Below are positions 63,761 through 64,000 of a stretch of DNA of 64,000 nt, piece by piece. Origin of the DNA: Nymphaea colorata (taxonomy: Eukaryota); contig NC_045138.2 of assembly GCF_008831285.2 (NCBI RefSeq), forward strand, positions 39,742,001 to 39,806,000, given 5' to 3'. The first letter of the stretch is position 1; every line of letters starts with the position of its first letter. The translations under genes and the position numbers were made by a program. A model generated the notes under the pieces. The model was given only the letters and a program-made list of their open reading frames with translations, did not search any database and was not told the origin of the DNA.

Positions 63761-64000
63761 TGCCCTACGAAATATGTACCATCAGCAGTGCGTCTTGACT
63801 CGTCGAAACATTTTCTTTTCTCCATGAATAATTGCTCTCCATGAATAATTGCACTCAAGATACACAACCCAACTCAAAAGCACTTAAATCCCTAGTTCTG
63901 GACGGAGATATGCAATTATACTCCACGTTGGCCTTGCGACATTCGTTCAACTTAACGAGACTTCATAAAAGTTAAACGGTAAGCTACATAGTATTCTCAA

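Overview
Eukaryotic nuclear DNA from a flowering plant (GT-AG introns up to about 5.5 kb, TA/GA microsatellites, MITEs); the species cannot be fixed from the sequence. Eight protein-coding genes could be reconstructed with frame-consistent exons: a 19-exon BAR-PH-ArfGAP-ankyrin gene (AGD1-4/VAN3 class), LIR1, a 1045-aa P-type PPR gene, mitochondrial ribosomal protein uL11m, a small DnaJ-type zinc-finger gene, an NDR1/HIN1-like LEA_2 gene, a NECAP-like gene and a NUMOD3-motif coiled-coil gene. Between 41 and 47 kb lies a small RNA-gene cluster of two U1 snRNA genes and two tRNA-Gly(GCC) genes. There is also a degenerate Ty1/copia relic and at least five copies of a non-autonomous TIR element family (CTAWGTCAC...GTGACWTAG). 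The most notable observations are: U1 genes with a compensatory stem change but a non-consensus USE (GTCCTGTATCG) and 3' box; a U12-type minor intron in the NECAP-like gene; a tRNA-Gly with a G15-G48 Levitt-pair variant; a TIR family with mixed 7/8-bp target-site duplications; a probable spliced PPR 3' UTR running antisense toward LIR1; and an unexplained hairpin plus U-tract at 38.2 kb. I found no clear evidence of a wholly new multi-gene system. All family assignments come from motif recall, not database searches.
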